From: Bacteroidota bacterium | Lineage (GTDB): Bacteria > Bacteroidota > Bacteroidia > AKYH767-A > 2013-40CM-41-45 | Direction: 5' to 3' | Assembly (NCBI GenBank): GCA_043783155.1 | Contig: JAYVZS010000141.1 | Span: 5,428-69,427 of the forward strand | DNA: 64,000 nucleotides | Translations under genes and position numbers: made by a program | Notes under the pieces: generated by a model | Told to the model about the DNA's origin: nothing | Database searches by the model: none | The model's input: the letters and a program-made list of their open reading frames with translations, nothing else | In this document: piece after piece, positions 1-10,215 of the stretch | Numbering within the stretch: the stretch's first letter is position 1 | Layout of the letters: each line of letters opens with the position of its first letter

Positions 1-153
1 TGCCATAAGCAATTACTCCTGCAATAAAAATGAATAACAATAAAGCAATCCATAATTTACCTTTTGCACTTGTGTAAGTGATGCTTTTTAATACATCACT
101 TTCCATTTCCAGGTTTATCGCCTCAGCAGTATTATTTTCTGTTTTTAAATTCA
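1..153 (-). CDS. NrfD/PsrC-like polytopic membrane subunit; only the N-terminus is in the window and the gene continues beyond position 1
   Basis: The minus-strand reading from an ATG at 153 gives MNLKTENNTAEAINLEMESDVLKSITYTSAKGKLWIALLLFIFIAGVIAYG. This is a hydrophobic helix typical of NrfD-family quinol-interacting subunits, and it sits directly downstream of a Tat-secreted 4Fe-4S protein. Confidence 0.45.
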
Positions 154-165
154 TACCGAATGATG

Positions 166-1080
166 TTAAGATTTTGAATCATTCATATTTGGTTTCGGAT
201 AAAGGCGATTTGTCGGTGGTAAATAATACACGCGCGGCTTAGTTCCCAACTCTTCCATAAAACGATACGCTGCTCTGTCTTCAAGCATTTGTGAAAGTTT
301 CTCTGTTTGCCCTGATTTATTTGTAACAGCATCCTCGTTCTCATCGCCAAAATAAATTGCATCCATTGGGCAACCTGTTACACAACCGGGCAATTCATTT
401 TTCCTTGACATGTGTGAACAAAAATCACATTTCTCCACACAACCCTTCTTACTTTGAAAAGCATTTTCAGGTGAAGCATTCATTTCCACAATGGTTGGCT
501 TGACGGGCTCCTCCCAATTAAACAAACGAACAGAATAGGGACAGGCAGCCATGCAAAAACGGCAACCGATGCAACGATCGGTATCAATTGCCACAATTCC
601 GTCTTCTCTTTTAAATGTGGCATCTACCGGGCAAACTTTTGTGCATGGAGGGTCATCACAATGAAGACAGGGCTTCGGAAAAAAGTAGGGAGCTTCTTTA
701 GGTGCGTCCTGCATTTCAAGCACCTGTATCCATTCCTTCTCTTTAGGTAGATAGTGCATCTTGTTACATGCTTCCGTACATTTCCCGCAGCCATCACATT
801 TGGCAAGGTCAATCACCATCACGAATTTTTTTCCTGCAATTCCTTTGCGCGATTCTTCGTTTGTGATGCCTTTGAAATTTGTATGCACGGGAATTTGTCC
901 TTCGTCCACATAAATTAAATTCCCGGCAGTATCAAGCAATGGAATTTTTTTTCCTGTTAAAGAACCGGTTGTTTTAGTATCGCTGTTGCATCCGACAACA
1001 CCTGCGGCTAACGCTGCTGCTCCGGTTATTAAACCTGCTTTGAGAAATGACCTGCGGCTGTTTTCTTCTTCTTCCAACAT
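166..1080 (-). CDS. Tat-secreted 4Fe-4S dicluster ferredoxin-type subunit (NrfC/PsrB-like) of a membrane quinol oxidoreductase complex
   Basis: The N-terminus carries a twin-arginine signal (RRSFLKAGLITGAAALAAG). There are four Cys-x2-Cys-x2-Cys-x3-Cys-Pro-type cluster motifs (CDGCGKCTEAC, CLHCDDPPCTKVCP, CIGCRFCMAACP, CDFCS...CVTGCP). Confidence 0.8.
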   Translation of the reverse strand: MLEEEENSRRSFLKAGLITGAAALAAGVVGCNSDTKTTGSLTGKKIPLLDTAGNLIYVDEGQIPVHTNFKGITNEESRKGIAGKKFVMVIDLAKCDGCGKCTEACNKMHYLPKEKEWIQVLEMQDAPKEAPYFFPKPCLHCDDPPCTKVCPVDATFKREDGIVAIDTDRCIGCRFCMAACPYSVRLFNWEEPVKPTIVEMNASPENAFQSKKGCVEKCDFCSHMSRKNELPGCVTGCPMDAIYFGDENEDAVTNKSGQTEKLSQMLEDRAAYRFMEELGTKPRVYYLPPTNRLYPKPNMNDSKS

Positions 1081-1283
1081 TTGGATAAAATTTAATTGTT
1101 AATTAGTCAATATTACTTTCAATGCTTTTTCTTTTGCAGCATTTCCAAATGTATCGGTGAACTATTTTTTAGCTCGCCATTTTATTTTATTGTCAGCAAT
1201 AGTGATAGGTAATATTTTTGAAACGACGGGGACCGCAATCAATGTGTTATTCAAAGGTAATTATTCCTAAAAAATGTTCTGCC

Positions 1284-2747
1284 TTATCGAATCAACTGAA
1301 CAGTTCCCTTTATTTCCTTTAAGCCGTCTGTTCCACACGTAGAAGAATATTTTGCTATCCAGTAATAGATGCCTTCAGAACAAGGCGTTCCTCTATTTTC
1401 ACCATCCCAATTATTAGAAACGTCCTGGGTAAAAAATACTTTTTCACCCCAACGGTTGTATATCACCATTTCAAAAGTGATAACATTGGTTATATTCAAA
1501 TTAAACTTATCATTCATTCCATCTTTATTTGGAGTAAACACATTAGGAGCAAACAGGCTCAACGCAGGAGCATTGGATGTGATAATCGTTGCAACTGTTG
1601 ATTTGGCGCATGTATTAGTCGCATTAACTGTGTAAATGCCGGGTGATAAATTGACAGCTGTTGAACTGTTCTGCAAAGGGTTCGTATTCCAAATAAAAGA
1701 ATAATTACCGCTTCCACCGTTAATGCCGACCGTGGCGCTGCCACTATTCGAATAACCACATTCTACATTGGTTTGAGATGTGATCACACATTGATAAACT
1801 GTTACATTAACAGCAGAGGAACCAGGAGGATTACAAGTACCCGAGGTTGTTAAAGTTACTGTGTAAGTTCCAGGCGAATGAAAAACATGCGTAGGATTTT
1901 GATTGATTGATGAAATATTTGTGTCACTAAAATTCCAATTCCAATTATCCGGACAAAGATTTGAACTTCCCGTAAATTTAAGAGTATCCTGATTGCATGT
2001 ATAAGTAATTGAAGGCTGAAGAGGTGGGGCATTCTCAATTTTTACATCATCAAAAGCAAAACCATCGTAGTTGTTGCAAGCCGTTCCTGCACCAAACGTA
2101 AAACGGAACCTGACATTCGGTTTCCCCGCTAACCCTGTAAGGCAGTGTCGTGCAGTAATCCAACCGTGACTCCCGAAGCCCCCTTGGCAACTTCCATTTG
2201 TTACTCCAATCCGGCCTGACCATCCATCGTTAACCGGAATCCAGACGGGAGAATTCAAAAAATGTACATCGTTATAATTATACCAGTTCTGGGTCATACA
2301 ATTACTCACGTCAGTGGAAGAACCAAGAGTTATCCAAGTACTCCCTCCATTGAGGGAGTATTGTATATTGCTTCCATCCCAATGTCTCTCCATTTCCCAA
2401 AAAATTTTGAATTCTATATAAGGATATGTAAGAGAGGAAAAATCGAAACAAGGACTTTTTACATACGATTGCTCTCCATCATTGTATCCAGTGCCTGTCA
2501 ATCCTCCCGTAACCCAACATTTGGTTCCGGAAGCAGCGTTTGTTATTACCGGTTTGGATGGATGACCGAAAGCCCAGTCTGAATGAAGACCAGCGCTAAT
2601 CCATCCTCCATTACCAGACTCGAAATTTTGAAAATAAGGATATGATGTGATACATTGGCTATAACCATTTGATATCAAAACGAAAAACCAGAAGAAAACA
2701 AATGAAGCTACTTTCAAAATCATCCTATAAATGAAATTTAAAAACAT
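1284..2747 (-). CDS. secreted T9SS cargo protein with a type B C-terminal sorting domain (gliding motility-associated C-terminal domain)
   Basis: The N-terminus is hydrophobic (signal peptide). The C-terminal ~90 aa match the CHU_C/T9SS type B sorting domain (FTPNKDGMNDKF...YNRWGEKVF...GTPCSEGIYYW...). The N-terminal part looks like a jelly-roll domain and is rich in W, G, N and S. Confidence 0.75.
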   Translation of the reverse strand: MFLNFIYRMILKVASFVFFWFFVLISNGYSQCITSYPYFQNFESGNGGWISAGLHSDWAFGHPSKPVITNAASGTKCWVTGGLTGTGYNDGEQSYVKSPCFDFSSLTYPYIEFKIFWEMERHWDGSNIQYSLNGGSTWITLGSSTDVSNCMTQNWYNYNDVHFLNSPVWIPVNDGWSGRIGVTNGSCQGGFGSHGWITARHCLTGLAGKPNVRFRFTFGAGTACNNYDGFAFDDVKIENAPPLQPSITYTCNQDTLKFTGSSNLCPDNWNWNFSDTNISSINQNPTHVFHSPGTYTVTLTTSGTCNPPGSSAVNVTVYQCVITSQTNVECGYSNSGSATVGINGGSGNYSFIWNTNPLQNSSTAVNLSPGIYTVNATNTCAKSTVATIITSNAPALSLFAPNVFTPNKDGMNDKFNLNITNVITFEMVIYNRWGEKVFFTQDVSNNWDGENRGTPCSEGIYYWIAKYSSTCGTDGLKEIKGTVQLIR

Positions 2748-3228
2748 TGTTGTCCCGAATTAATTAAATTATAAACCCAATTACAACCATTGTTGATTTC
2801 TTTTTTCTTTTTATTGCTAACAGAAAGATGATATACCTGTCATTATTCATAAAAGAATTCTTTGTGGCGACGTTTGCACAAAGCCAACATCAAAATATAA
2901 AAGTTGCAATGAAATTGAGAGTTTCATTTTTTTCACGTCGCAAATTAAGTAAAATGAATTGGAACAGGCATGAAGAAAAGAATATGTTAACCGGGATATC
3001 CAACCATTGAAATAAAATCGCAATTATGAATTTTAACATTTTCACTTAAATATCTAATGATTAAAGATCCGTATCGAGCAAGAAAACGACTCCACCCGAC
3101 TCCTTTACTGAACAGATTAGAAATATTTAACGTCTTACTGGAAATTCTGAGGCGAAACATAATATTCCTGTTAATACAAATTCGTATTAAAGAAAGTTCT
3201 AAAGCACTCATTTGGTATAAATAAATTT

Positions 3229-3612
3229 CTAACGGGTCATGGTGAGATAGAAGATTATATATATTTTTAAAGGATGTAAAAGAAAATCATCAGCACCGGA
3301 ATTGAGTGACGATATTTCCATCAGTTCGTCTTTTCTGTCAGACAAAATAATGACAATTGAATTTTTAAGGCGACTTAACGATTTTATAGAAATGCAAAGT
3401 TCCATTGCAGAAAGTTCATTGCCGCATGAATCAATACTAATTACCTCGGGAATAAAACGTATGGAAGCATTAATTGCATCTGAATATTTTGTAACAGGTT
3501 CGGTCACAAACCCGCAATCAGTAAGCAACTTTGAAAGCGCTTCCAAATCCTTATTCTTACCTCCTACTAAAAGAAGTTTACAGAAATTATTTAATTTTTT
3601 CGACGTGTTCAT
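3229..3612 (-). CDS. stand-alone atypical response-regulator receiver domain (the acidic pair is replaced by GG)
   Basis: The receiver-like pattern is KLLLVGG...VISIDSCGNELSAMELC...IVIILSDRKDE...SGADDFLLHPLK. The phospho-Asp-equivalent D, a T/S and a K are present, but the DD metal-binding pair is GG. Confidence 0.45.
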   Translation of the reverse strand: MNTSKKLNNFCKLLLVGGKNKDLEALSKLLTDCGFVTEPVTKYSDAINASIRFIPEVISIDSCGNELSAMELCISIKSLSRLKNSIVIILSDRKDELMEISSLNSGADDFLLHPLKIYIIFYLTMTR

Positions 3613-3933
3613 TTTTCACATGTCGGGCAAAGATGGGCCAGCGATGCAAACAGCAAATTACACAACCGTAATTTTATTGTTACATTTTGGTTTGGTAATT
3701 CCAGGAGATGTAATCCATGTATCGGTTATAGATGTCGCATCCCTGCATTTCATGAATAGTAAAAACGCTGATGTTTTTTCTTACCTTCGCCATCAATATT
3801 GCTATTTGATTCAAATCATAAGCAAAATCGTTCGATGTATAAGGTTTCCCGCGGGAATAACCGAAACGCTTCGACTATCTTAAGTTATTTTATACCCGAT
3901 TTTCATCACTCAATTTTCCGGTTTCAATCCATC

Positions 3934-5259
3934 ATGTCAAACATCGTAGCCATAGTAGGTCGCCCAAACGTAGGCAAGTCAACGCTTTTCAATCGCCTCA
4001 TCGAAGCAAGAAAAGCTATTGTGGATGAACAAAGCGGTGTAACACGCGACCGGCATTACGGTCACGCAGACTGGAACGGCAAACGCTTTTCACTTATTGA
4101 CACCGGCGGTTATGTGCGCGGCTCTGATGATATTTTTGAAGAAGAAATCCGGAAGCAGGTTGAAATCGCGATTGAAGAAGCAAACGTTATTTTGTTTGTG
4201 GTAGATGTGGAAGCCGGCGTTACCGACCTCGATGATGCCGTTGCCAATATACTCCGCAGAGGGAAGAAAAAAGTTTTTCTTGTCGTCAATAAAGTGGATA
4301 ACAACTCTCGCATCAATGATGCAAGTGAGTTCTATTCATTTGGATTAGGTGAACCATATTGCATTGCCGCTATTAACGGCGCCGGTACGGGAGATCTATT
4401 GGATGCAATTGTCGCGGAGTTCCCCGAAGATTATGTGGATCCGAATGAGGGCCTGCCGAAGTTCGCCATCATCGGTCAGCCGAATGTTGGAAAATCTTCT
4501 TTGCTGAATACTTTGATTGGTGAAGAACGTACCATTGTTACTCCGATTGCCGGAACAACCCGGGATACCATCAACCAGCGTTACAGCAAATACGGCCATG
4601 ATTTTATTTTGGTTGACACTGCCGGACTCCGGCGTAAAGCAAGAGTAAAAGAAGATATTGAATTTTATTCGGTGCTGCGTTCGCTTCGGGCAATCGAAGA
4701 ATCGGATGTTTGTATTTTAATGATCGATGCCGAAAATGGCCTCACAGCGCAGGACTTAGCCATCTTCCATCTCATCGAGAAGAATCGAAAAGGCGCTGTG
4801 ATGGTGGTAAACAAATGGGATCTTGTAGAAGGGAAAACGAATCAATCGTCAAAAGAATTCGCTGATAAGATCAAACAGAAACTATTGCCGTTCGATGATG
4901 TGCCGATTATTTTTACTTCCGTACTCACCAAGCAGCGTATTTTTAAAGTGTTGGAAACGGCCGTGAAAGTATATGAAGGAAGAAAAGATAAAATTCCGAC
5001 TTCAAAATTGAACAAGATCATGCTTCCGATTATTGAAAACAATCCGCCGCCTGCTTTGAAAGGAAAATACATCAAGATAAAATACATTACGCAGCTGCCA
5101 ACGCCTGCACCACAGTTCGCGTTTTTCTGTAATCACCCGAAGTATATCAGCGAATCATACAGACGCTTTCTCGAAAACAAATTGCGTGAGAACTTCGACC
5201 TGAGTGGTATTCCCATCAATATATTTTTCAGGAGCAAAGATAAAGAGGACGAGGACTAA
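3934..5259 (+). CDS. der: ribosome biogenesis GTPase Der (EngA) with two tandem GTP-binding domains and a KH-like C-terminus
   Basis: Two G-domains are present ([20 protein letters not shown]; [24 protein letters not shown]). The true start is taken as the ATG at 3934 ([16 protein letters not shown]). The ORF-track extension back to 3799 is non-conserved. Confidence 0.9.
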   Translation: MSNIVAIVGRPNVGKSTLFNRLIEARKAIVDEQSGVTRDRHYGHADWNGKRFSLIDTGGYVRGSDDIFEEEIRKQVEIAIEEANVILFVVDVEAGVTDLDDAVANILRRGKKKVFLVVNKVDNNSRINDASEFYSFGLGEPYCIAAINGAGTGDLLDAIVAEFPEDYVDPNEGLPKFAIIGQPNVGKSSLLNTLIGEERTIVTPIAGTTRDTINQRYSKYGHDFILVDTAGLRRKARVKEDIEFYSVLRSLRAIEESDVCILMIDAENGLTAQDLAIFHLIEKNRKGAVMVVNKWDLVEGKTNQSSKEFADKIKQKLLPFDDVPIIFTSVLTKQRIFKVLETAVKVYEGRKDKIPTSKLNKIMLPIIENNPPPALKGKYIKIKYITQLPTPAPQFAFFCNHPKYISESYRRFLENKLRENFDLSGIPINIFFRSKDKEDED

Positions 5260-5307
5260 AATTTAATTTTCAATTAGCAATGATCAATTCATCAATTGAA
5301 AAATTGA

Positions 5308-5658
5308 CTATTGGTCATTTAATAAGACCGCTTCTTTTATCCATTTTTTCAACTGCACTTTTGGAATGTCTTTTTCGGAATAGACTTTAATGTGCCGCAT
5401 CCCCTTTCCGGTTCCGACGAATAATTTTTTCGGATCAGTGAGTTCCACGGCACGTATAAAACCGATATTGATGTAATCCACTTTTTTATATGTATAAACA
5501 AAAGCGAGGTTGCCTTTGTATATAAAAGTCAGGTTACTCCATTTAATAGCTTCCGTAATTTTTTTATCCGTCCCAAGAAATATATCTCGGACATGCATGA
5601 CCAGCTTTCGTTTTTCATCGGGTATACCCAGACAGAACTTTTCGATTTTCGCATCCAT
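5308..5658 (-). CDS. small DUF1801/YdhG-like domain protein
   Basis: This is a 116 aa protein with the pattern ...ITEAIKWSNLTFIYKGNLAFVY..., which is typical of the DUF1801 family. The assignment is from memory of the family only. Confidence 0.45.
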   Translation of the reverse strand: MDAKIEKFCLGIPDEKRKLVMHVRDIFLGTDKKITEAIKWSNLTFIYKGNLAFVYTYKKVDYINIGFIRAVELTDPKKLFVGTGKGMRHIKVYSEKDIPKVQLKKWIKEAVLLNDQ

Positions 5659-5711
5659 ATTTTTTATTTAACGTAAATTTGTTTCATTAATCAAAAATAG
5701 CAAAAAACTCT

Positions 5712-7202
5712 ATGAAAATAGTTCACACTTCTTTGGTCCGAAAAAACATTTGTGCCTTTCTAATCTTACTCGCGGTTTTGCTGAACAGCTTTATGAGCAA
5801 CGCGCAGAATACAGCTACCATTTCAGGAACTGTTGAACCTCTGACGACAATTTCCGCTCAGCTTGCCATTGACCGTTTGCACCTCGGTAAAAAAATTGAA
5901 ATCAATTCTGCTGAATTGAAGAACGGAGAATTTCATTTTACTATTAATCTGGATCATGGATATCTTGTTGAATTGACAACAAACAATATTCAGCATAAAA
6001 TATATCTTGAGCCGGGAGATAATCTTCAACTCCAAATAAAAGACAGTGCTGTTATTTTTTCAGGAAAGGGCGCCGAACAGAATTTCTTCCTGAAAAAATT
6101 TTACAGGCAGTTTAAAAATGACTTTGATGACAGCGTGCAGTTTCCAAAAATCCTGAGCTCAGGAGTAGATGTCTTTGAGATGTCCATTTTCGACAATAGA
6201 AAAAAACAAAACGATCTTTTCAAAAATGATCCGGATAAAAATAAATTCTCTTCTTCCTTTACCGCGTTTATACAAAACATGATCAGTTACCGTTACTGGA
6301 ACCTGATGTTCGCCTACCCGATTATCACCGCCAACAGCAACAAAGGTTTAATCGTAAACGGTTTGCCGACAGTAATGCTCGATGGATTAATCCGTGTGCA
6401 ACTGAACAATGATTCAGCACTCATCAGTGAATCGTACCGGGAATTCCTGAAGTATTATGTAATTTATTTTACTTCGCAGGCAAATGGCTTCAATAAATTC
6501 ACAGACTTCTCTATTTCCGCCGACAAAAAATTAACGCTGGCGAAAGAACGTCTCAAAGGAGAAGCGTACAAATTCTGGCTCGCAAAATTCACACTTGAAG
6601 AATGTGGACGTGTTGGACCTTTCCTGATAAAAAAATTATATACCTCGCTGATGGAGGTTGACAAAGAAGCCCGTTATACACCTGTTATAAATGAACAATG
6701 CGGCGAACGAATGGCAATGAAGGAAGAGAAAAAACCGGAAGAAAAAAAAGCCAGAGCGAATACAAACGTATCAAAAGGAAATGATGAACTGGATCTTACT
6801 GATGTTGACGGAAAACATGTTTCGTTGAGTGATTTTAAAGGCAAAGTCGTGTACATTGATTTTTGGGCAAGCTGGTGCGGACCATGCAGAATGATGATGC
6901 CTTACTCAAAAAAAATGCATGAGGACCTCAACGACAAACAAAAAAAGCAAATTGTTTTTCTTTATATCTCGATAGACGGTGATGCCGCTTCGTGGAAAAA
7001 AGGAATCCAGGACCTGGGCATACAAGGAGTCAATGTGAACTCTCCGGGCAACTGGAGTTCAAAGGCATGCAAGTATTTTCAGATCAACAGCATTCCACGT
7101 TACATGATCATGAATAAAAAAGGCGACATCGTTGACTCCAATGCCAAACGCCCCGCTGATCCTTCTGTGCTGGATGATTTGATGAAGTATGTGGTGGAAT
7201 AA
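5712..7202 (+). CDS. TlpA-like thiol-disulfide oxidoreductase (AhpC/TSA/redoxin family) with an N-terminal DUF4369-like domain, secreted
   Basis: A signal peptide is present. The thioredoxin active site WASWCGPC lies in the C-terminal third, and the domain architecture is typical of Bacteroidota TlpA-like lipoproteins. Confidence 0.8.
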   Translation: MKIVHTSLVRKNICAFLILLAVLLNSFMSNAQNTATISGTVEPLTTISAQLAIDRLHLGKKIEINSAELKNGEFHFTINLDHGYLVELTTNNIQHKIYLEPGDNLQLQIKDSAVIFSGKGAEQNFFLKKFYRQFKNDFDDSVQFPKILSSGVDVFEMSIFDNRKKQNDLFKNDPDKNKFSSSFTAFIQNMISYRYWNLMFAYPIITANSNKGLIVNGLPTVMLDGLIRVQLNNDSALISESYREFLKYYVIYFTSQANGFNKFTDFSISADKKLTLAKERLKGEAYKFWLAKFTLEECGRVGPFLIKKLYTSLMEVDKEARYTPVINEQCGERMAMKEEKKPEEKKARANTNVSKGNDELDLTDVDGKHVSLSDFKGKVVYIDFWASWCGPCRMMMPYSKKMHEDLNDKQKKQIVFLYISIDGDAASWKKGIQDLGIQGVNVNSPGNWSSKACKYFQINSIPRYMIMNKKGDIVDSNAKRPADPSVLDDLMKYVVE

Positions 7203-7219
7203 TTTTCCTCTGAAATTTG

Positions 7220-8602
7220 TCAAAGTCCGCTCAACAATTTATTGAATTCAGTATTGCCGCGAAGACTATTGAATGATTCTTCACTTTCAACTTTTCCTTT
7301 GTCTTTCAAACCGAGTTGAACCGCTTCCTTCAATGCTGCAATCGCCTTTCCCTGGTCGCCTTGACGCGCATACATGCAAGCAGTGAGAAATGGTTGCTCT
7401 GAATTTTCAGGATCCGCCAATTTATAGATGGCGAGAAATTGCTGAGCAGCTGAAAAATTATTTTGTCTGATCGCGTTGTTTGAATACGAGTAAGAAGCCA
7501 GCGACAAATAACCAAGCAACCGCTGGTACATCATTTCCTGCTCACCCGCTTTCAGATTACGCATCCTTGAAATTTCATCTCTCCACCAATTCAAATCTTT
7601 GCTTTGGAAACACTCCATGTAATTCTGCTTGAGATTGCTTTCCATTTGAAAATTGCCTTGCTGTTTTTGTAATTCTTTTTTATAAGAATCTCCATTCATC
7701 AGCGATGTTAGTTTTTGCCGATACGATGAAACATCAACGACTCCCTGCAAAAAAGCAATCAACTGGTTAAACTGATCATACTGAGTTAAACTGTTTTTCG
7801 ATGCCGCAATTAATTTATTTTTTTTCTGCAAATAGTTTTTGACAAGATTGTTATCGGTCGCCAATAATTTATTCCGCATTGCATTGAAGTCGCACCAATA
7901 GAAAGCATCTTCAAATGACAATGAATCAGGCCATTCATGTTTGCCCTTCCATTCGATGAGCGCATGATTTATTTTTTTTGCTTCCAGCACAGGACCGGAA
8001 GCCATCACTTCCGTGAAATTCATATCACGAACACCCGCGAAGCCCAATGCGGGAGGAAGTTGATGAATATTATCAAAAGGAATGGCAGCGCCACAATAAA
8101 TAACGGACAGCAATTCCGGATGATTAGAAGCTCCGACCAGCGCGACTTTTGAACCTCCTGAAAAACCGGCAAGTGAAATTCTTTTTTTATCTGACGAATA
8201 TTTTGTCCCCGCTTCCGCAATCAAACTATTCACAATGATATTTGTCTGATCAAACTGCAAACCGTTTTTAGCATTATAAGAACCCATCAGTATATAACCG
8301 AACTGATCGGCAAGCGACCTGAACAATCCTACAGGGTAACTTCCGCTTCCATGCGGATCAAAAAAAATGATGACAGGAAATTTGAGAGCATCCGTATAAT
8401 TTTTCGGGAGATACAAAGAATACGATTGAGAAGCGTCGTTGTCACAAAAAACTGTCGGTGTAATTTCCCCTGCTTTTAATTCCTGTGTTACTTTCGGCTG
8501 CTCAGTGACAGGAGGGGCGGCTGTTTCCGTCTTCTGTGATTTTGTTGAGCAGGAAAAAATTGTCAGGGTCAAAAAGAAAAAAAGCAGCTGTTGTGTTCTC
8601 AT
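7220..8602 (-). CDS. secreted alpha/beta-hydrolase (esterase/peptidase S9-like) with a C-terminal TPR-like region
   Basis: There is a lipoprotein-type signal (LTIFSCSTKS) and the nucleophile elbow GFSGGS. The C-terminus is helical and repeat-like (...ACMYARQGDQGKAIAALKEAVQLGLKD). Confidence 0.6.
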   Translation of the reverse strand: MRTQQLLFFFLTLTIFSCSTKSQKTETAAPPVTEQPKVTQELKAGEITPTVFCDNDASQSYSLYLPKNYTDALKFPVIIFFDPHGSGSYPVGLFRSLADQFGYILMGSYNAKNGLQFDQTNIIVNSLIAEAGTKYSSDKKRISLAGFSGGSKVALVGASNHPELLSVIYCGAAIPFDNIHQLPPALGFAGVRDMNFTEVMASGPVLEAKKINHALIEWKGKHEWPDSLSFEDAFYWCDFNAMRNKLLATDNNLVKNYLQKKNKLIAASKNSLTQYDQFNQLIAFLQGVVDVSSYRQKLTSLMNGDSYKKELQKQQGNFQMESNLKQNYMECFQSKDLNWWRDEISRMRNLKAGEQEMMYQRLLGYLSLASYSYSNNAIRQNNFSAAQQFLAIYKLADPENSEQPFLTACMYARQGDQGKAIAALKEAVQLGLKDKGKVESEESFNSLRGNTEFNKLLSGL

Positions 8603-8657
8603 GATTTTCTTAGAATTATAGTTACTGCAATATTAAATAAATAAAAAATAATGATAC

Positions 8658-8717
8658 CCACTGAGACACTATAGGCACTTAGATTAGAGAACCTTAGTCC
8701 TCTTAGTGTCTCAGTGG
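8658..8717 (-). terminator. stem-loop downstream of metK on the minus strand: a perfect 14 nt inverted repeat (CCACTGAGACACTA ... TAGTGTCTCAGTGG) with a T-rich tract after it on the minus strand
   Basis: The two arms, 8658-8671 and 8704-8717, are exact reverse complements. On the metK strand the hairpin is followed by an A/T-rich run. Confidence 0.55.
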
Positions 8718-8808
8718 TAAATTTTTCCAACGCCCATTGATCCTTTTTAAAAATTGCGCAATAAAAAAGGGACCGAAGAAGTCCCTTTCTTTCTTTTTTC
8801 TTTGATTG

Positions 8809-10062
8809 TTATTTTAAACCAAACGCCTTCTTCACTTTGCCAACGTAGTCTAATTTTTCCCACGTGAAAAGTTCAACACGTTTGGTGATTTTTTTTCCGT
8901 TCGGTGTAGTGAAGGTTTTATTCACCCATTCATTCTTTCTTCCCATGTGCCCGTAAGCCGCAGTCTCAGAATAAATCGGGTTGCGCAACTTCAAACGTTG
9001 TTCAATGAAGTAAGGACGCATATCAAAAATACCTTCTACAATTTTCGCGATCGCTCCGTCTGTCAACTTCACTTTCGCTGTTCCGTTCGTACTCACAAAA
9101 ATTCCCATTGGTTTCGCTACCCCGATGGCATACGAAACCTGCACCAGGGCTTCATCGCAAACACCTGCCGCCACTAAATTTTTCGCGATATGACGAGTTG
9201 CATACGCCGCAGAACGGTCAACCTTTGAAGGATCTTTTCCTGAAAACGCTCCGCCTCCGTGCGCACCTTTGCCACCATACGTGTCAACAATAATTTTTCT
9301 TCCCGTTACACCCGTATCACCATGCGGACCACCGATTACAAATTTTCCTGTCGGGTTGATGTGGTATTGAATCCTGTTATTGAAAAGATGTTTGTATTGC
9401 GGATATTTTTTCATCATACGCGGCATCAGAATTTCAATCATGTCCTTGCGAATCTTCGCCGCCATCTTCTCGTCCTTGTCAAAGTCATCGTGCTGCGTAG
9501 AAATTACGATCGCGTCAATTCTCACCGGCTTGTTGTTATCATTGTATTCCAAAGTAACTTGCGACTTAGCATCTGGGCGTAAATATTTTATCTGCTTTTC
9601 TTCTCTGCGAAGTTCAGCCAATTCAATCAACAGCTTGTGAGCAAGGTCAAGCGCCATCGGCATGTAATCTTTTGTTTCATTGGATGCATAACCGAACATC
9701 ATTCCCTGGTCGCCGGCACCTTGCTCCTCTTTCTTCTTGCGTTCAACACCCTGGTTGATGTCGCTCGACTGCTCATGAATCGCGGAAAGAATTCCGCATG
9801 AATCCGCTTCGAACATGTATTCGCTTTTCGTGTAACCGATGCGTTTGATTACGTCACGTGCAATGGTCTGAACATCGAGGTACGTTTTCGATTTCACTTC
9901 TCCCGCAAGCACGACCTGTCCGGTTGTAACCAATGTTTCGCACGCTACTTTCGAACTTGGATCGAATGCAAGAAAGTTATCAATGAGTGCATCTGAAATC
10001 TGATCCGCAACTTTGTCGGGATGGCCTTCTGATACTGATTCTGATGTAAATAAATATGACAT
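8809..10062 (-). CDS. metK: S-adenosylmethionine synthetase
   Basis: The N-terminus [28 protein letters not shown] is present, along with [19 protein letters not shown] and other MetK signature blocks. Confidence 0.95.
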   Translation of the reverse strand: MSYLFTSESVSEGHPDKVADQISDALIDNFLAFDPSSKVACETLVTTGQVVLAGEVKSKTYLDVQTIARDVIKRIGYTKSEYMFEADSCGILSAIHEQSSDINQGVERKKKEEQGAGDQGMMFGYASNETKDYMPMALDLAHKLLIELAELRREEKQIKYLRPDAKSQVTLEYNDNNKPVRIDAIVISTQHDDFDKDEKMAAKIRKDMIEILMPRMMKKYPQYKHLFNNRIQYHINPTGKFVIGGPHGDTGVTGRKIIVDTYGGKGAHGGGAFSGKDPSKVDRSAAYATRHIAKNLVAAGVCDEALVQVSYAIGVAKPMGIFVSTNGTAKVKLTDGAIAKIVEGIFDMRPYFIEQRLKLRNPIYSETAAYGHMGRKNEWVNKTFTTPNGKKITKRVELFTWEKLDYVGKVKKAFGLK

Positions 10063-10215
10063 GTTAGTTTAAGTTTTGAGTTTTAAATTGAGTATCCGGA
10101 CTGCCTGATTCGCGTATTTGTAAATTCGTATTCAATTCGTAATTCGCTACGGAGGTATATTAAATAATTTAACCGGAGCGCAAAAGTAAATAAATTGAAT
10201 GATCTGCAAAAGGGA

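Noticed and set aside
2748-3228. About 480 bp AT-rich gene-free spacer with small ORFs 2828-3010 and 2987-3211
   Set aside because: The ORFs are short and low-complexity, with no ribosome-binding context and no motif. The region may contain promoters for the divergent receiver and T9SS cargo genes, but nothing specific could be supported.
3302-3883. 193 aa ORF on the plus strand overlapping the receiver-domain gene and the der upstream region
   Set aside because: It lies antisense to a better-supported receiver ORF and runs through the der promoter. It has no motif and the composition of an AT-rich spacer.
3799-3933. ORF-track N-terminal extensions of der (3799), atpD (18473), GH92 (52654), cutC (48210), coaD and others
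   Set aside because: The extensions are non-conserved and precede the recognisable family N-termini (for example [16 protein letters not shown] for der, [14 protein letters not shown] for atpD, and the signal peptide MKKILTTLF for GH92). Several begin at non-ATG codons that the ORF finder renders as M (for example TTG at 42045 and 11467). I used the internal ATG.
10063-10215. SAM riboswitch in the metK leader
   Set aside because: Reading the reverse strand, I could not find the SAM-I core (the conserved GGNGGAGGGA...GGCCC block and its kink-turn) or a convincing SAM-II pseudoknot. It is left as a suggestion for cmscan only.
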